A stretch of 64,000 bases of DNA from Klebsiella phage phiKp_32. Both the position numbers and the translations under genes were made by a program. The DNA is taken from the sequence record LC768500.1; one strand, 5' to 3'. Below, piece after piece: positions 10,112-20,685 of this stretch. The notes under the pieces are model-generated. The model did no database searches, was not told where the DNA came from, and was given only the letters and a program-made list of their open reading frames with translations. How positions within the stretch are numbered: position 1 is the first letter of the stretch; each line of letters begins with the position of its first letter.

Positions 10112-10525
10112 GTGAAAATGTTTCCCATAGCCAAAGAACTGGTAGATAGGTTCATAGAATGGCTCCTCAGGCGCGCGTCTGGAGAGACTTTAGAAGAAAA
10201 ACAGAACTCGGCTATTCGGTATATTTCCTACGTCGCCGGGGGATTATTGTGGGCGGTTTTGACCCTCGTCGTCATCGATATTAATTTATCTTTACGTATA
10301 CACACGACTGAAGGTGCTGCTGCGGCGGTTAACAAAATGTTCTCTACGGATAGAAACCCTATAGATGAACTGATTAAAATCAACCGCACGTTAAGCGACA
10401 GGGTAGAATCGCTCAGGGAAGAAAACATTCTTTTAATTAAGGATAACTTGCGTCTATTGGATCAAGCTAAGATCATGGAAGATGTTGTAAAAACCTGCAA
10501 AAGACCATCAACCAAAAAACAGTAA
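10112..10525 (+). CDS. single-TM membrane protein with a coiled coil and basic tail
   Basis: ..YISYVAGGLLWAVLTLVVIDINL.. TM segment; heptad-like LRLLDQAKIMEDV. Confidence 0.5.
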   Translation: MKMFPIAKELVDRFIEWLLRRASGETLEEKQNSAIRYISYVAGGLLWAVLTLVVIDINLSLRIHTTEGAAAAVNKMFSTDRNPIDELIKINRTLSDRVESLREENILLIKDNLRLLDQAKIMEDVVKTCKRPSTKKQ

Positions 10526-10560
10526 TATTTTTATACTAGGGATCCCAAATATGGGATCCC
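10523..10560 (+). terminator. hairpin ACTAGGGATCCC..GGGATCCCTAGT
   Basis: 12-bp stem; each arm contains GGATCC. Confidence 0.45.
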
Positions 10561-10591
10561 TAGTATTACACAATGACAAAGGCCTTGAACT

Positions 10592-12082
10592 ATGTCTGAG
10601 ATTAATCTCGTTTATTATTTAGTGAGTCGAAAAGTAGAAGGTAAGAAAACAGAAAGGGCTTGCGCAGGCGCTTTCGGTTATTCTTACGACGTATCCGTGG
10701 TGGGTAAGAAGAAGTTACAGAAAGACGTTCCGACTACGGTAGGGTATTATGTCGGGAATACAACGAGCAACGGAACTGTAGTAGAACCTATCGATTCCCT
10801 TTCTGTGGTTGTTTCTGATAGGGCTTTGGAGATAGAGGCTCAGCTGGACTTACTCAAAGTTATTCTGGAGGACGCTGTAGAACATGAGGATGTTAAGAAC
10901 ATCGGGTTAATTGGGAAATACCCATTGCTCGAAAAGCTTCTTACAGTGGACCCTTCCAAAATCGTAGAAAAGGAATATAAGTTAGGTAAAACGGAATTTA
11001 ATAAAGAGGCGGTTAAATCTCTTACAGATATCCAAGCTCTTATGGATAAACTAAAGGGAAGAAGTAAACTCGTCTTTAACTTCACACTAAGTGTCGAAGG
11101 TGGGATGGGTCCTAAGATGGCGTGGCAGTCGGCTGGTATCGCCGAGGTTGAAACGGTTTGGGGAATGGAACCCATTGCGGCTTTATACCGTCAGCCGATG
11201 AAAACTTTCCTTAATCCGGAGAGTGACTTTAACCGTATCATTTGCGGTAGTCGGTGGTATTTTAACACTGGCGAAGGTAACGACTTCTACGAGCTAAAAG
11301 AAGGATACCGCCGGTATGGTTTCGGTAAAGTCGAGAAAGATAAGAAGTATTACGGTAAGCTCACTCCAGATGTGACTTATTCCTCTTTCTACACACAGAC
11401 ACCGATAGCACTGTTGGATAAGCTTTACGACTATACCGAGAAAAGGACACATAACCCTAAAGGGTTGATGCTCGCCGGGAACATGCAGTTCGTCAGATCT
11501 AAGGAAATAGCCAGGCTTATCGATAACTGCCCTGGGGTGGTGAGAGAAAAGGACTTGATCGTTCCGTTTAGAATGGGTTCTCAGGACGAGCCTACTTTAG
11601 TAGAGCTGATTGACCCGCCTGGACTCACTTACCGCATCTCCGACGTCATGGAAGAACATGACATTATCTTACACAGTTTCTTAAATAAAGACGAGTTCAA
11701 TAAATTCGGTCAATATCAAAAGTTCTACGATATAACAAATATCATTTTTGAGAAACTCCCAAATAAAAAAGGGGAGATCAAGTTAAAGCTTCAGCCAGAC
11801 TTCACTCAAAACACCCAAACGTTTAAAGTCAACGTAGAACACCGCAAAGCGGTTAAAGCAGTACCTATAACGTTGAGCGTCGGATACGATTTACCAGAGC
11901 GAAATGCATTTAACTCAGTAAAGGATCCCGATGTTCAAGTTTGGGTTAACATTGACGAAGCCAACGACGGATGTTTGATCTACCGCATCATTGTTAAAGC
12001 GGAAGACTGGATTTACATACATGCGTCTGGATGCGCTAATGTAAGGGTCTTGAATAAAGCCGAGCTAGGTAGAAAAGATTAA
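10592..12082 (+). CDS. hypothetical protein
   Basis: 496-aa ORF; hairpin 12093-12128 downstream. Confidence 0.6.
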   Translation: MSEINLVYYLVSRKVEGKKTERACAGAFGYSYDVSVVGKKKLQKDVPTTVGYYVGNTTSNGTVVEPIDSLSVVVSDRALEIEAQLDLLKVILEDAVEHEDVKNIGLIGKYPLLEKLLTVDPSKIVEKEYKLGKTEFNKEAVKSLTDIQALMDKLKGRSKLVFNFTLSVEGGMGPKMAWQSAGIAEVETVWGMEPIAALYRQPMKTFLNPESDFNRIICGSRWYFNTGEGNDFYELKEGYRRYGFGKVEKDKKYYGKLTPDVTYSSFYTQTPIALLDKLYDYTEKRTHNPKGLMLAGNMQFVRSKEIARLIDNCPGVVREKDLIVPFRMGSQDEPTLVELIDPPGLTYRISDVMEEHDIILHSFLNKDEFNKFGQYQKFYDITNIIFEKLPNKKGEIKLKLQPDFTQNTQTFKVNVEHRKAVKAVPITLSVGYDLPERNAFNSVKDPDVQVWVNIDEANDGCLIYRIIVKAEDWIYIHASGCANVRVLNKAELGRKD

Positions 12083-12132
12083 CTTGGTTGAATATAACAG
12101 TTAGGGTCGTGAGACCCTAACTGTTATACTGT

Positions 12133-12930
12133 TTACTTTAATTTACCCAGTTCTGCTGTTTGAGATTCAAAAACAGCGGTCAGTTCATTTAAGAGAACCA
12201 GCCCAGCACCAGTAACATTAATCAACGTATTATACGTATTAATGGTATCCTGGAGCGTTTTTAAACTATCCTTGTCGAAGACCAACTGGGACGTTTTGAT
12301 CTTGTCAACGATAATATTTCCCAGATGATAGACTTCGTCAATGCGATCAGCGAGGGAACGAATGTCAGAGGACTTAATACCAGATACCGCTCCATTGAAA
12401 TGCTCGACAGTATCGTAGAAGGATTTGAATGAATCGTAATACTGGTTAAGCCGATGATGAGTATTACGAGAAGACTGGATCCCTTCCATAAAGGACTGCA
12501 GATCGTTGGCCAGTGTATCCGTCTTACTCACACTGAACCAGAACGAAGAACCGACTGTCCCCGTCTTAGCAACGTCTTTCAGCCACTTGTAAATGCGACC
12601 GGATTCTGTTAACGCGGTAGAAAGCAGCAGCGCGGTGGAAGAAACCATTTTAACATAATAGCTCCATTCGGTTTTCTCCGGATCAAAATAAGCTGGGCCG
12701 GTCAAAGGAACCATTGTATGTTTAAAGTAATTTACTGTGGCGAGGTGTTTGGCTGTCTTGCCGTAATCGATGGTGTGGGCCGATGATTTAAGTTGACGAA
12801 ACGCCTCTTTAAATCCACGTGATATTTCGGTCATTTTAAGTGAAAGAGACTCACCGACAGAAAGTTTTTCAGAACCGTCTATACCGAAAATAACAGGTTG
12901 CTTAACCTGTTCGATAAAACTGTTATTCAT
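12133..12930 (-). CDS. hypothetical protein
   Basis: 265-aa ORF convergent with 10592..12082. Confidence 0.55.
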   Translation of the reverse strand: MNNSFIEQVKQPVIFGIDGSEKLSVGESLSLKMTEISRGFKEAFRQLKSSAHTIDYGKTAKHLATVNYFKHTMVPLTGPAYFDPEKTEWSYYVKMVSSTALLLSTALTESGRIYKWLKDVAKTGTVGSSFWFSVSKTDTLANDLQSFMEGIQSSRNTHHRLNQYYDSFKSFYDTVEHFNGAVSGIKSSDIRSLADRIDEVYHLGNIIVDKIKTSQLVFDKDSLKTLQDTINTYNTLINVTGAGLVLLNELTAVFESQTAELGKLK

Positions 12931-12989
12931 TACTGGCGCTCCGTATTATTAGGTCAATAGCGTTTTTCATAGAATCCAAGAGGTAAACG

Positions 12990-14444
12990 ATGAGTACCCC
13001 TTTTCAATTTTTACAAAATGTAAAAAGCAGCCCGATGGTTCACATCGGTTTTAACTATAGTCCGCTTTTTGATATGATCAATGGCCGGTTCTTTAAGGGA
13101 TACGATGAACAGTATTACCTGAACGGTGGGATCATGGACAACAACGCCACAGTAGGAGGAAGCAACACGCAGAAAACCGGACAGTTGGTATTTGCCTGCC
13201 GTCGTTTCCTGCAACGTTTCCCTATGGGGGTAATCATCTATGTTGACAGCGAGTCCACGTTAGACATTGGACGATTGGCTGATGCTGTCGATGCTGATTT
13301 CGGTATCCCTGGGTACTTCTACGATGAGATCTTCGACAAACGGTTCATCTATAAAACGAGTAAAGATGAATTCGATGGCACCGCTTTCCACAACCTCATC
13401 AAAGACGCTTACAACAACTTCAAGGACAACAAAGATAACCCGGACATGTATGTCCAAACTCCGTTCCTGGATAAAGAAAATAAACGGATCAAATGTATTG
13501 CGCCGATCATGGTTATCTGTGATTCTTTAAGCGACCTTCGTTTCACCGAGGCTTCCGCCAAATTCACAGAAGGTGATGTGGACGAGGGTGGTAAGAAACG
13601 CACTCGTGATATGGAGTTCGGTAACCTCAAACGCGTTGTCTTTGAAGACTCCAGCAACCTGGGTGGCATCGCCGGCCTCAGACTGTGGTGGGTGGGTCAG
13701 ATCGCCGACATGATTAACATGGACGGTAAGCCGATGGAGAAACAATCCACCTTCATCCGCCCAGGTAAGAAGATCGCCAAGTGTCCTAAAGCGATTCTCC
13801 AGCTCCCGAGCATCGGTTATGAGATCATTAAAGGCAGTGGGTTGAAAGTCGATCAAGAATGGATGTACCCGAATCCATTCGGTCGCGATGTTGTTATCGA
13901 CGCCGACGCCAGAGAAAACCCGGATTTATTACTTTACAGCTTTACAATGTATCGTAATAAAGGCGGGAGTTCCGGACTACAATGTTCTTTCATCGGTTCT
14001 CAGTCAGACGGGATCCAGGAAGGGCTGAGCATGTATCACACCATTAAAACCGACGGTTATTTCGGTTTAAGTGTGGGCAGCAAGGTCAGTCACGCTTGTG
14101 ACCTCATGCCGGACCTTAAAGTTGGCCGAACCACCATTCGTAAAATCGTCAATGAGAACCACCAATTCTACAGGGCGATCACTATCTGTTACCAGATGTG
14201 GTTCATGCAGAACTATTGGATGCGTTTGGATCACAAATACCGCATGACGCCAGCCGAATTATATGCGAAGGTGGCTGAAGCCGGTTACGACTGGACAGAA
14301 TTATTGGAAAACTCCGTCGATTACTGGCACCTCAACCCGGACATCAAGAAACATACTCTGACCACCATGCAGCTGTTGGCTGTTGCGTGTGGAGAAGGTT
14401 CTATTCCGTGGGCTTCTAATCGTTTATTAAAGCAAGCGGCATAA
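12990..14444 (+). CDS. UvsX/RecA-like recombinase with a non-canonical P-loop
   Basis: ..GGSNTQKTGQLVFA.. (cf. T4 UvsX GPSKSFKS), ..VIIYVDSESTLDIGRLADAVDAD.. (cf. UvsX LFYDSEFGIT..MGVD, RecA FIDAEHALD), ..IMVICDSLSDL.. (cf. RecA VIVVDSVAAL). Confidence 0.55.
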   Translation: MSTPFQFLQNVKSSPMVHIGFNYSPLFDMINGRFFKGYDEQYYLNGGIMDNNATVGGSNTQKTGQLVFACRRFLQRFPMGVIIYVDSESTLDIGRLADAVDADFGIPGYFYDEIFDKRFIYKTSKDEFDGTAFHNLIKDAYNNFKDNKDNPDMYVQTPFLDKENKRIKCIAPIMVICDSLSDLRFTEASAKFTEGDVDEGGKKRTRDMEFGNLKRVVFEDSSNLGGIAGLRLWWVGQIADMINMDGKPMEKQSTFIRPGKKIAKCPKAILQLPSIGYEIIKGSGLKVDQEWMYPNPFGRDVVIDADARENPDLLLYSFTMYRNKGGSSGLQCSFIGSQSDGIQEGLSMYHTIKTDGYFGLSVGSKVSHACDLMPDLKVGRTTIRKIVNENHQFYRAITICYQMWFMQNYWMRLDHKYRMTPAELYAKVAEAGYDWTELLENSVDYWHLNPDIKKHTLTTMQLLAVACGEGSIPWASNRLLKQAA

Positions 14445-14499
14445 TTTGAAGGGGAGGGAGACCTCCCCCTACTTTTATTATTTAAGGATTATTAGGGTT

Positions 14500-14868
14500 A
14501 TGATTAAACCAGAACTAACCATTTTGATTGTCTCGGATTCTAACTTTAAGAATCTTTGTGATGACCCGACGAGTTATGTCGAAAAGCTCTACGGGATCTT
14601 AAACAATCGGTATAAGGTTCCTATCAAGATCATTACGGTCAGTGGTCGTTACGGACTCAGCGCAATCGATAGTAACATTGAGACGCTCGATGTTGAGGAT
14701 CGGAATAAGACGCTGTTCACCCAAACTATCGAGAACCACGCAGCGGTATTTGACGAACTGCAGATCATTTCTTTAAGTAACATCGTGGATCCCTTTATCG
14801 AAGGTGTAGCAGATACCATGAGTGCGTTACAAAAGAACATTACTCGTTATTCGTACAAACGTAAGTAG
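14500..14868 (+). CDS. hypothetical protein (start moved to ATG 14500)
   Basis: The ATG at 14446 lies inside the upstream hairpin; 14500 has the RBS AAGGAT. Confidence 0.5.
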   Translation: MIKPELTILIVSDSNFKNLCDDPTSYVEKLYGILNNRYKVPIKIITVSGRYGLSAIDSNIETLDVEDRNKTLFTQTIENHAAVFDELQIISLSNIVDPFIEGVADTMSALQKNITRYSYKRK

Positions 14869-14874
14869 GTTAAC

Positions 14875-15549
14875 ATGGGTAACAGAAAAGCTGCCGAAGA
14901 CGTTATTTTGGATTTCGTGGGCAAACTCACTAAAGGTGGGTTTAACCTGAAGGTCTATACCGACCTTTTTAAAAACATGAACGACGCTCAGTTTGAACAG
15001 TTTATCGATAAGATCGATAAACAAGGTGGTATGCCGCTATGGACATCCAACTGGGATAAGAACGAGCATATCGAATACGACACTGTCCTCGGACTAGCCA
15101 AAGAATACGGGGTAGAACTCGAGACCCAACTCATTATCACCGATGAGGACACTGGGGTAGAACTCATCACACCAGAAACTTATTTGGTTGGGATAGCCGA
15201 GATCCGTAAACAGCGTCAGATGCTCGTTAAAAAGTTTGGTGCTGCTAAAGACGATACCAGCACCGACGACTTAACGGGTCAGGTTGTTGGGGATAGCCGA
15301 GGGACGGGCATTTCCTCTCCGGAGATTAAGATCCTTATGGCGCTCGGGCTCAACACCGTGGCAAAAGAGATCTACGATGTCAAAGGCGGTGATGAAAAGG
15401 CATTGGAAGTTTATAGAACAGAGCTCATGGAGACTGGATCGACTAACGTTAACAATGCCTTGAAGCGCGGCAGTGGTGTCAAATCCCTTCAGACCACCCA
15501 TTATCTGTTTAACGCCAGACACATCGAAAACAATATCGATAAGAGGTAA
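14875..15549 (+). CDS. hypothetical protein
   Basis: 224-aa ORF in tandem. Confidence 0.55.
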   Translation: MGNRKAAEDVILDFVGKLTKGGFNLKVYTDLFKNMNDAQFEQFIDKIDKQGGMPLWTSNWDKNEHIEYDTVLGLAKEYGVELETQLIITDEDTGVELITPETYLVGIAEIRKQRQMLVKKFGAAKDDTSTDDLTGQVVGDSRGTGISSPEIKILMALGLNTVAKEIYDVKGGDEKALEVYRTELMETGSTNVNNALKRGSGVKSLQTTHYLFNARHIENNIDKR

Positions 15550-15551
15550 CG

Positions 15552-15980
15552 ATGGAACACATCAATCGAGCTGTAGAAGTCTGGGCTCAAGAATTTGCAA
15601 CGCTGGCAGAAATCGACGAGCTCAAAGTTCTGCAAGATGCGATCAGTAATGCGATCATTACGAAGAGCATCCTTTCTTTTGACGAAGGCGTTTCTGAGCT
15701 CGAGCAAAGTTTATCCGCCCAGCCGGAGTACTACGATCAGATCCATGGTGTGATCTTCCGGCTATTGGCTGAGGTTCCTTTGGATAAGCTTAAAGCTGAA
15801 CTTAACGAGATCGTTACGGAAATGAATGAAACCGGGTATTTCAAACACTTACGCCCCACTCTGGATACTCCGATGGATGTTTTCTGTTTCGTTTTAAAGA
15901 TCTACTACAAACAGATCATTGCAGAGCTGGGCCGGCACATTCAAATCCCTACGAAGAAAACTCGCCCAACCAACGTGTAA
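15552..15980 (+). CDS. hypothetical protein
   Basis: ORF, RBS AGAGGTAA. Confidence 0.55.
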   Translation: MEHINRAVEVWAQEFATLAEIDELKVLQDAISNAIITKSILSFDEGVSELEQSLSAQPEYYDQIHGVIFRLLAEVPLDKLKAELNEIVTEMNETGYFKHLRPTLDTPMDVFCFVLKIYYKQIIAELGRHIQIPTKKTRPTNV

Positions 15981-15989
15981 AGGATTCTC

Positions 15990-16688
15990 ATGAACACGCT
16001 TAACGTTTACACCGAACTCGATTCACTTTTTGATTCCCGGCGTGCGACTTTGGAATCACTCCTCCCTAGTAATGAAACCTGGGAAGGTGTTTACGCCAAG
16101 CAGTATAAAGAACGTAAGCTGGATCTATTCGAACGAAAAGAACTCGGGATAACCCAATCCATTTACGAACAGGCTTATGACAAAAGAGACCTGTCTTTAT
16201 TCACCAACATCAAACCGACTCAAGTACTGAGCAAGCTCCTGCTGTTAGTACTGGATAGCGAACAACTGGTCGGTAAACCAATCGCTTTAAACGTCGTCAA
16301 CATCACCATTAATCTTTATCCCTACGATCTTGACGAAGATTTGGTTAACGAGTTAGAAAAGAATATCAAACAAGCTTTGGTTTTCAAAAATGAACTCACT
16401 TTTGTTTCCAAACCTCCTACCGAACTCGATGCGAAATATTTTAAAAACTTTGATAACGTTTTTAAATACGACATCCTGATCGGTAAAGATTCTAAAACGT
16501 TCATGGAATCCTTAGCGAAAACTCCTATTAAAGACACGAAGTTCTTCGTACCGGATCTTTATGTTAAACAACCGGATAACGGGATCGTTTGCTCCCCTGA
16601 AGAACTTGTTGAAAGTTTTAGTTTAGTGCTTGCGCCAGCGCTTACATTACTTTGCGTCCGACATAGCGTTTATGATTACATGGAATAA
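15990..16688 (+). CDS. hypothetical protein
   Basis: ORF, RBS AAAGGA; hairpin 16690-16717 follows. Confidence 0.55.
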   Translation: MNTLNVYTELDSLFDSRRATLESLLPSNETWEGVYAKQYKERKLDLFERKELGITQSIYEQAYDKRDLSLFTNIKPTQVLSKLLLLVLDSEQLVGKPIALNVVNITINLYPYDLDEDLVNELEKNIKQALVFKNELTFVSKPPTELDAKYFKNFDNVFKYDILIGKDSKTFMESLAKTPIKDTKFFVPDLYVKQPDNGIVCSPEELVESFSLVLAPALTLLCVRHSVYDYME

Positions 16689-16719
16689 CAGGAGAGAGGG
16701 CATTGCCCTCTCTCCCATT

Positions 16720-17214
16720 TTATACTGATGGCTTAACAATTTCACCTTCAAAGTCAACTGATATGGCGCCCATATCAAGTTCTTTGTCTTTGATCCTGCC
16801 GATATCGGCGAGTTGTGAAAGTGGAACATTAGGATCCAGGAAGGTAGGCTGACCTGGCGCGAAACTAGGAAGTTTTAATTCACCGGTGCTTAATGACTGA
16901 AGTGCGTCGACCATTTGTTTGAATGAAACTTTGTTGTCTTCATTCTCTTTTTTCTTCGCGCGTTCTTTTCTGTCATCTCGAACTGATTTTTCCAACTGAG
17001 TTAACAAAGAAGAAATCGCTTCCAGTAATTTAGGGTCACCGGGTTTATTGGAGTAAGCCATAGAGGCGATATCCAGTATCATACTACGGTGTGACTGCAC
17101 CGCCTGAATGAGCTGAGTCTGTTCAATATCTTCGTCAGTCGGATGGAGAGCAGCATTGATTGCAGACATCACCTTTTCTATCCGTATCTGAACGGGTGCT
17201 TTTTCGTCCATCAT
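16720..17214 (-). CDS. hypothetical protein
   Basis: 164-aa ORF, convergent. Confidence 0.5.
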   Translation of the reverse strand: MMDEKAPVQIRIEKVMSAINAALHPTDEDIEQTQLIQAVQSHRSMILDIASMAYSNKPGDPKLLEAISSLLTQLEKSVRDDRKERAKKKENEDNKVSFKQMVDALQSLSTGELKLPSFAPGQPTFLDPNVPLSQLADIGRIKDKELDMGAISVDFEGEIVKPSV

Positions 17215-17284
17215 AATTTTTTAAACCTACATTATAGAAGTAGTGGAATAAATAAAATGTTTTTAGCCCTTAGGGAACGTTAAC

Positions 17285-17878
17285 ATGCTTAAGAAATTTT
17301 TCAACTGGCTGGGGTTTAAAAGCAAATCGATAGGTAAGGCAGATACCCCGTTAGACGTCATAGAACGCATCAGGGAAGGCTTTCTTCCTAAGAACATGCG
17401 AAGCTTAGATAAACCGTTGTCTCTTCTATACGATTTAATTAAGACGCTTCCTGAGCTGGAATACAATGATTATAAAAAGTTACAGCGTAACACAGTTAAG
17501 GTTAGATCGCTGAGTTCGTTAGACATGTTCCATCTTTTAAAATCATCGGTTTTATCCAGCCAAGCGGAATATATGGATGCGGTGCAACGTTTAAATAGCG
17601 TCGCTACCGAAAGGCCCTTTCTTCATTGGTACTCTGGAGAGGAAAGCGCTATCGCACTTAACGAATTGTTTTTAAAACTTCTACCTAAAATAATCCTTTT
17701 CCACCAACTTAACAACCAGAGTACATTTCAACAGAATGAAGATATAACCGGATTTACGAATATCGAGATCCGGTTCTTTAGTTCTGTTCAGCTAAGGTAT
17801 ATGGTCGAAGACTATATCAGCATGTTGGAAGTGCTACTCTCACATCATTTTGGAGGCTCGGTTGAAGAAGCCCACTAA
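17285..17878 (+). CDS. hypothetical protein
   Basis: ORF with RBS AGGGAAC. Confidence 0.5.
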   Translation: MLKKFFNWLGFKSKSIGKADTPLDVIERIREGFLPKNMRSLDKPLSLLYDLIKTLPELEYNDYKKLQRNTVKVRSLSSLDMFHLLKSSVLSSQAEYMDAVQRLNSVATERPFLHWYSGEESAIALNELFLKLLPKIILFHQLNNQSTFQQNEDITGFTNIEIRFFSSVQLRYMVEDYISMLEVLLSHHFGGSVEEAH

Positions 17879-18278
17879 ACATCCCGTAGAACTTGAAATC
17901 TCTAAGTTATCCAATAACTCATGCGCTGACAGTGATTTAGCTGACGAGCCCGCAAGGTTATTCCGTAAGCTTTTACGTAAGCTTAACATGAATGTCGACA
18001 AACTCTGTTTGCTTATGAACGAGTATGTTAAGTGGACCGTGACGGGAGAGGACGAGGCTGAAATCAGAAAAAGACGTTCTTACACAATGGGGAACATTAA
18101 AGACACTTACTTTAAGAACCCCACACTGACTTTCAGCAAACTTATCGAGGGATTAAGTATCCTGAGAATGAGCAAAGTCGAGGTCATTCTCAGAGTCTAT
18201 GATAAGAAAGGCAATATGACCGAGGTCTCAGAAACTGTGAGAATCATCAGCAGCCCCGACGATAAAAAAGACGACTAA
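17850..18278 (+). CDS. hypothetical protein; no ATG start (TTG), +1 frame relative to 17285..17878
   Basis: Open frame begins with TTG and overlaps the upstream gene by 29 nt; GGAGG at 17853-17857. Confidence 0.35.
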   Translation: MEARLKKPTKHPVELEISKLSNNSCADSDLADEPARLFRKLLRKLNMNVDKLCLLMNEYVKWTVTGEDEAEIRKRRSYTMGNIKDTYFKNPTLTFSKLIEGLSILRMSKVEVILRVYDKKGNMTEVSETVRIISSPDDKKDD

Positions 18279-18350
18279 TCTTATAGCCCGAATACTCCTA
18301 CCTTAGGGTAGGAGTATTTAACCCTATTATTTATTTTTTAGGATATCGTC

Positions 18351-19469
18351 ATGGATTTAAATCCCAGTAGTATTTTTGACAACATCGATTTTAATTCTCC
18401 CGTATCCGACATTAAAAAAGAGGCGGATACTAAACTCGCCGATTTAAAAGGTAGCGTCCTTAACCCTATCAGCTCTAGTACCGCAAGGATTAAAGACGGC
18501 ATCGCCCTGTTAAACAACATGGACACTAAGTTTAACCAAGCGGTAACAGGATTTAAATCTGACGTCATGGGTGTCGCTAACAGTATTATCGGCACCCTTC
18601 AAGATGGATACTTCACCATTAATGAATTAGTGAGTATGGTCATAGGGGCTTACACCAGCCTGACTAATCTCGCTAACATTGGTGATGATCTCAAATCCAT
18701 ACTGGGGACTAACGTCAGTAATATCGACGGGTTCTTAGATCGGTTCAGCAACATCTTCGTCAGTAGCATCAACTCGAAGGTAAGAGCGAGCGGGTACAAA
18801 TCCAATACGGTTAGTAGCGGTGGCGAATTCCTCACCATCACTCAGAGTAATAATAATCCGTCTTCCCAAGCCATCATCGCAGCGTTGGGCAAGCTGTCAG
18901 TAGGCGATCTTCAGGATTCTTACGATAGTTCAGTTTCCACCGCGGTATACAGCACCCTCTTAGCACAAGCCGTTTCCAGTGGATTGACTTCTTCCTACGC
19001 CGATCTTTATAACAAGATCACGGATAAAACCGAAGCCGATAAGGCAGTTGTCTCGGCAATAGGTAACGCCCTTGCTAACGGCGATCTGACTTCAATTGAA
19101 AATCTCTTAGCGTTGATTACTAACAGCGGAGCGAAACTCACTATTGGTTCCACCTATCCCAATGCTGCCGAAACCCTGTTAAGTAAATATAAACCTCTGG
19201 ATTCTCAAGATGTTTCAGATTACCCGGCTATCTCCGAACAGCTGAAAACTATTTTGGTTCTCTTCGGGGGAGTGAATTGGTGGAAGGTTTACACCGCATT
19301 AGGTTGGGTTCCTAATTTACTTATCGCTTCTAAGCTCTCAAGTAGTGTCAGAGATATTTGGATGGAAGACGCCGAGCTCTTTGCATTAGTGGCTTGCAAA
19401 GGTTTCTTTAAAGAGATGACCGCACGTAAAGCCTTCTTAACCAACTTTCCACAAACCCCGATAAGTTAA
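18351..19469 (+). CDS. Ser/Thr-rich hypothetical protein
   Basis: 372-aa ORF; hairpins 18287-18318 upstream and 19474-19505 downstream. Confidence 0.55.
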   Translation: MDLNPSSIFDNIDFNSPVSDIKKEADTKLADLKGSVLNPISSSTARIKDGIALLNNMDTKFNQAVTGFKSDVMGVANSIIGTLQDGYFTINELVSMVIGAYTSLTNLANIGDDLKSILGTNVSNIDGFLDRFSNIFVSSINSKVRASGYKSNTVSSGGEFLTITQSNNNPSSQAIIAALGKLSVGDLQDSYDSSVSTAVYSTLLAQAVSSGLTSSYADLYNKITDKTEADKAVVSAIGNALANGDLTSIENLLALITNSGAKLTIGSTYPNAAETLLSKYKPLDSQDVSDYPAISEQLKTILVLFGGVNWWKVYTALGWVPNLLIASKLSSSVRDIWMEDAELFALVACKGFFKEMTARKAFLTNFPQTPIS

Positions 19470-19545
19470 ATAACTACCGTCTCCCTTTGGGAGACGGTAG
19501 TTATAATTAGATCATTTTTTTTATCTTGGGAACTGCTGATGGAAA

Positions 19546-20631
19546 TCACTCTCGCTCAATTCTTTTAATAAAATAATTCTTATACATTCCATTGTTCCGA
19601 TAAGACCGATTCAGGTTAGCCGAGTTGGTTCCGAAATTGGTTAACTCTATTGTTCCGGTTAGTCTGGTGACGCACTTAGTGCGTTTATGAGTCAATTCCC
19701 ATATCACTCTGTCAGACCTATTCGACTTCCTCCCGGTTCTATCGTAATTATAATCTCTTATTGCATTTATCAAATTCTGCTCGGGATCTTTATAGTGTTT
19801 GGTGTACTCTTCCTTGGTTACCTCTTCCCATTTACATCCCTTATAGGTTTTAGCTTTACCTGTCCTAATGGCGTGAAGATTACGATTATCCAATCCAAAT
19901 TTAGCGCATTGTTCCTTGCCGCAAACGTATATCACTCTTTTCTTGAATCCTGGGATATCAATCACAGTACCTTTCATGGGAATGACGAAAGGATGCGACA
20001 AGTGCTTATGGGATACAAGGAGGTTATTCTCTTTGGCATGTTGCTTGTTCTGTTGTGGCGTGGTCCATTCTAATGAATTTACGTCGTTATCATCCTTTCC
20101 CTTTAAGTGGTTAACTTCAAGTTCAGAATAATCGTAAAGATTGAGCTCATCAGGTTTTGGAATCCAGGACGACGCAACGATCCTGTGCACCATCATTACG
20201 TATCCTGATTTCATATATACTTTATAACCAAAATGGCTAAACGTTCCTTTAACCATTTTGTACGTTCTTAAATTAAAAATTCTACCTCTGTTACTCACCC
20301 AAATATAAGTAAAAGATGTTGATGTTTTCTTATTAATATTGAGGTTCTTCGGGCTGTACGGAAAATAACTTGCCGGAACCCAATACTCTGATCTGGGATC
20401 TTCTTTTAATAATTTTGTTAACTTGGCATAATAAGCTTTCTTACGTTCTTCGTGCGATAAAAGATTCAATAAAGCGTTAGCCTTTTTTCCCATCGCATCA
20501 ATAATAGATTTATATTCTTTAACAAATAACGGGAGATTTCCTCTAGCTATTTCATCCCATTCTTCTTCAGTTCTTATTCGCGGCGGTCTGATTTTCATGG
20601 TTACACTGCTCCAGATTACATTATTTATCAT
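19546..20631 (-). CDS. free-standing HNH homing endonuclease
   Basis: ..ELEVNHLKGKDDNDVNSLEWTTPQQNKQHA.. HNH motif. Confidence 0.75.
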   Translation of the reverse strand: MINNVIWSSVTMKIRPPRIRTEEEWDEIARGNLPLFVKEYKSIIDAMGKKANALLNLLSHEERKKAYYAKLTKLLKEDPRSEYWVPASYFPYSPKNLNINKKTSTSFTYIWVSNRGRIFNLRTYKMVKGTFSHFGYKVYMKSGYVMMVHRIVASSWIPKPDELNLYDYSELEVNHLKGKDDNDVNSLEWTTPQQNKQHAKENNLLVSHKHLSHPFVIPMKGTVIDIPGFKKRVIYVCGKEQCAKFGLDNRNLHAIRTGKAKTYKGCKWEEVTKEEYTKHYKDPEQNLINAIRDYNYDRTGRKSNRSDRVIWELTHKRTKCVTRLTGTIELTNFGTNSANLNRSYRNNGMYKNYFIKRIERE

Positions 20632-20685
20632 ATAATAAGAAGCAGTGGTTTTCCATTAACAATACAAACCCTTGATATTAAAGGG

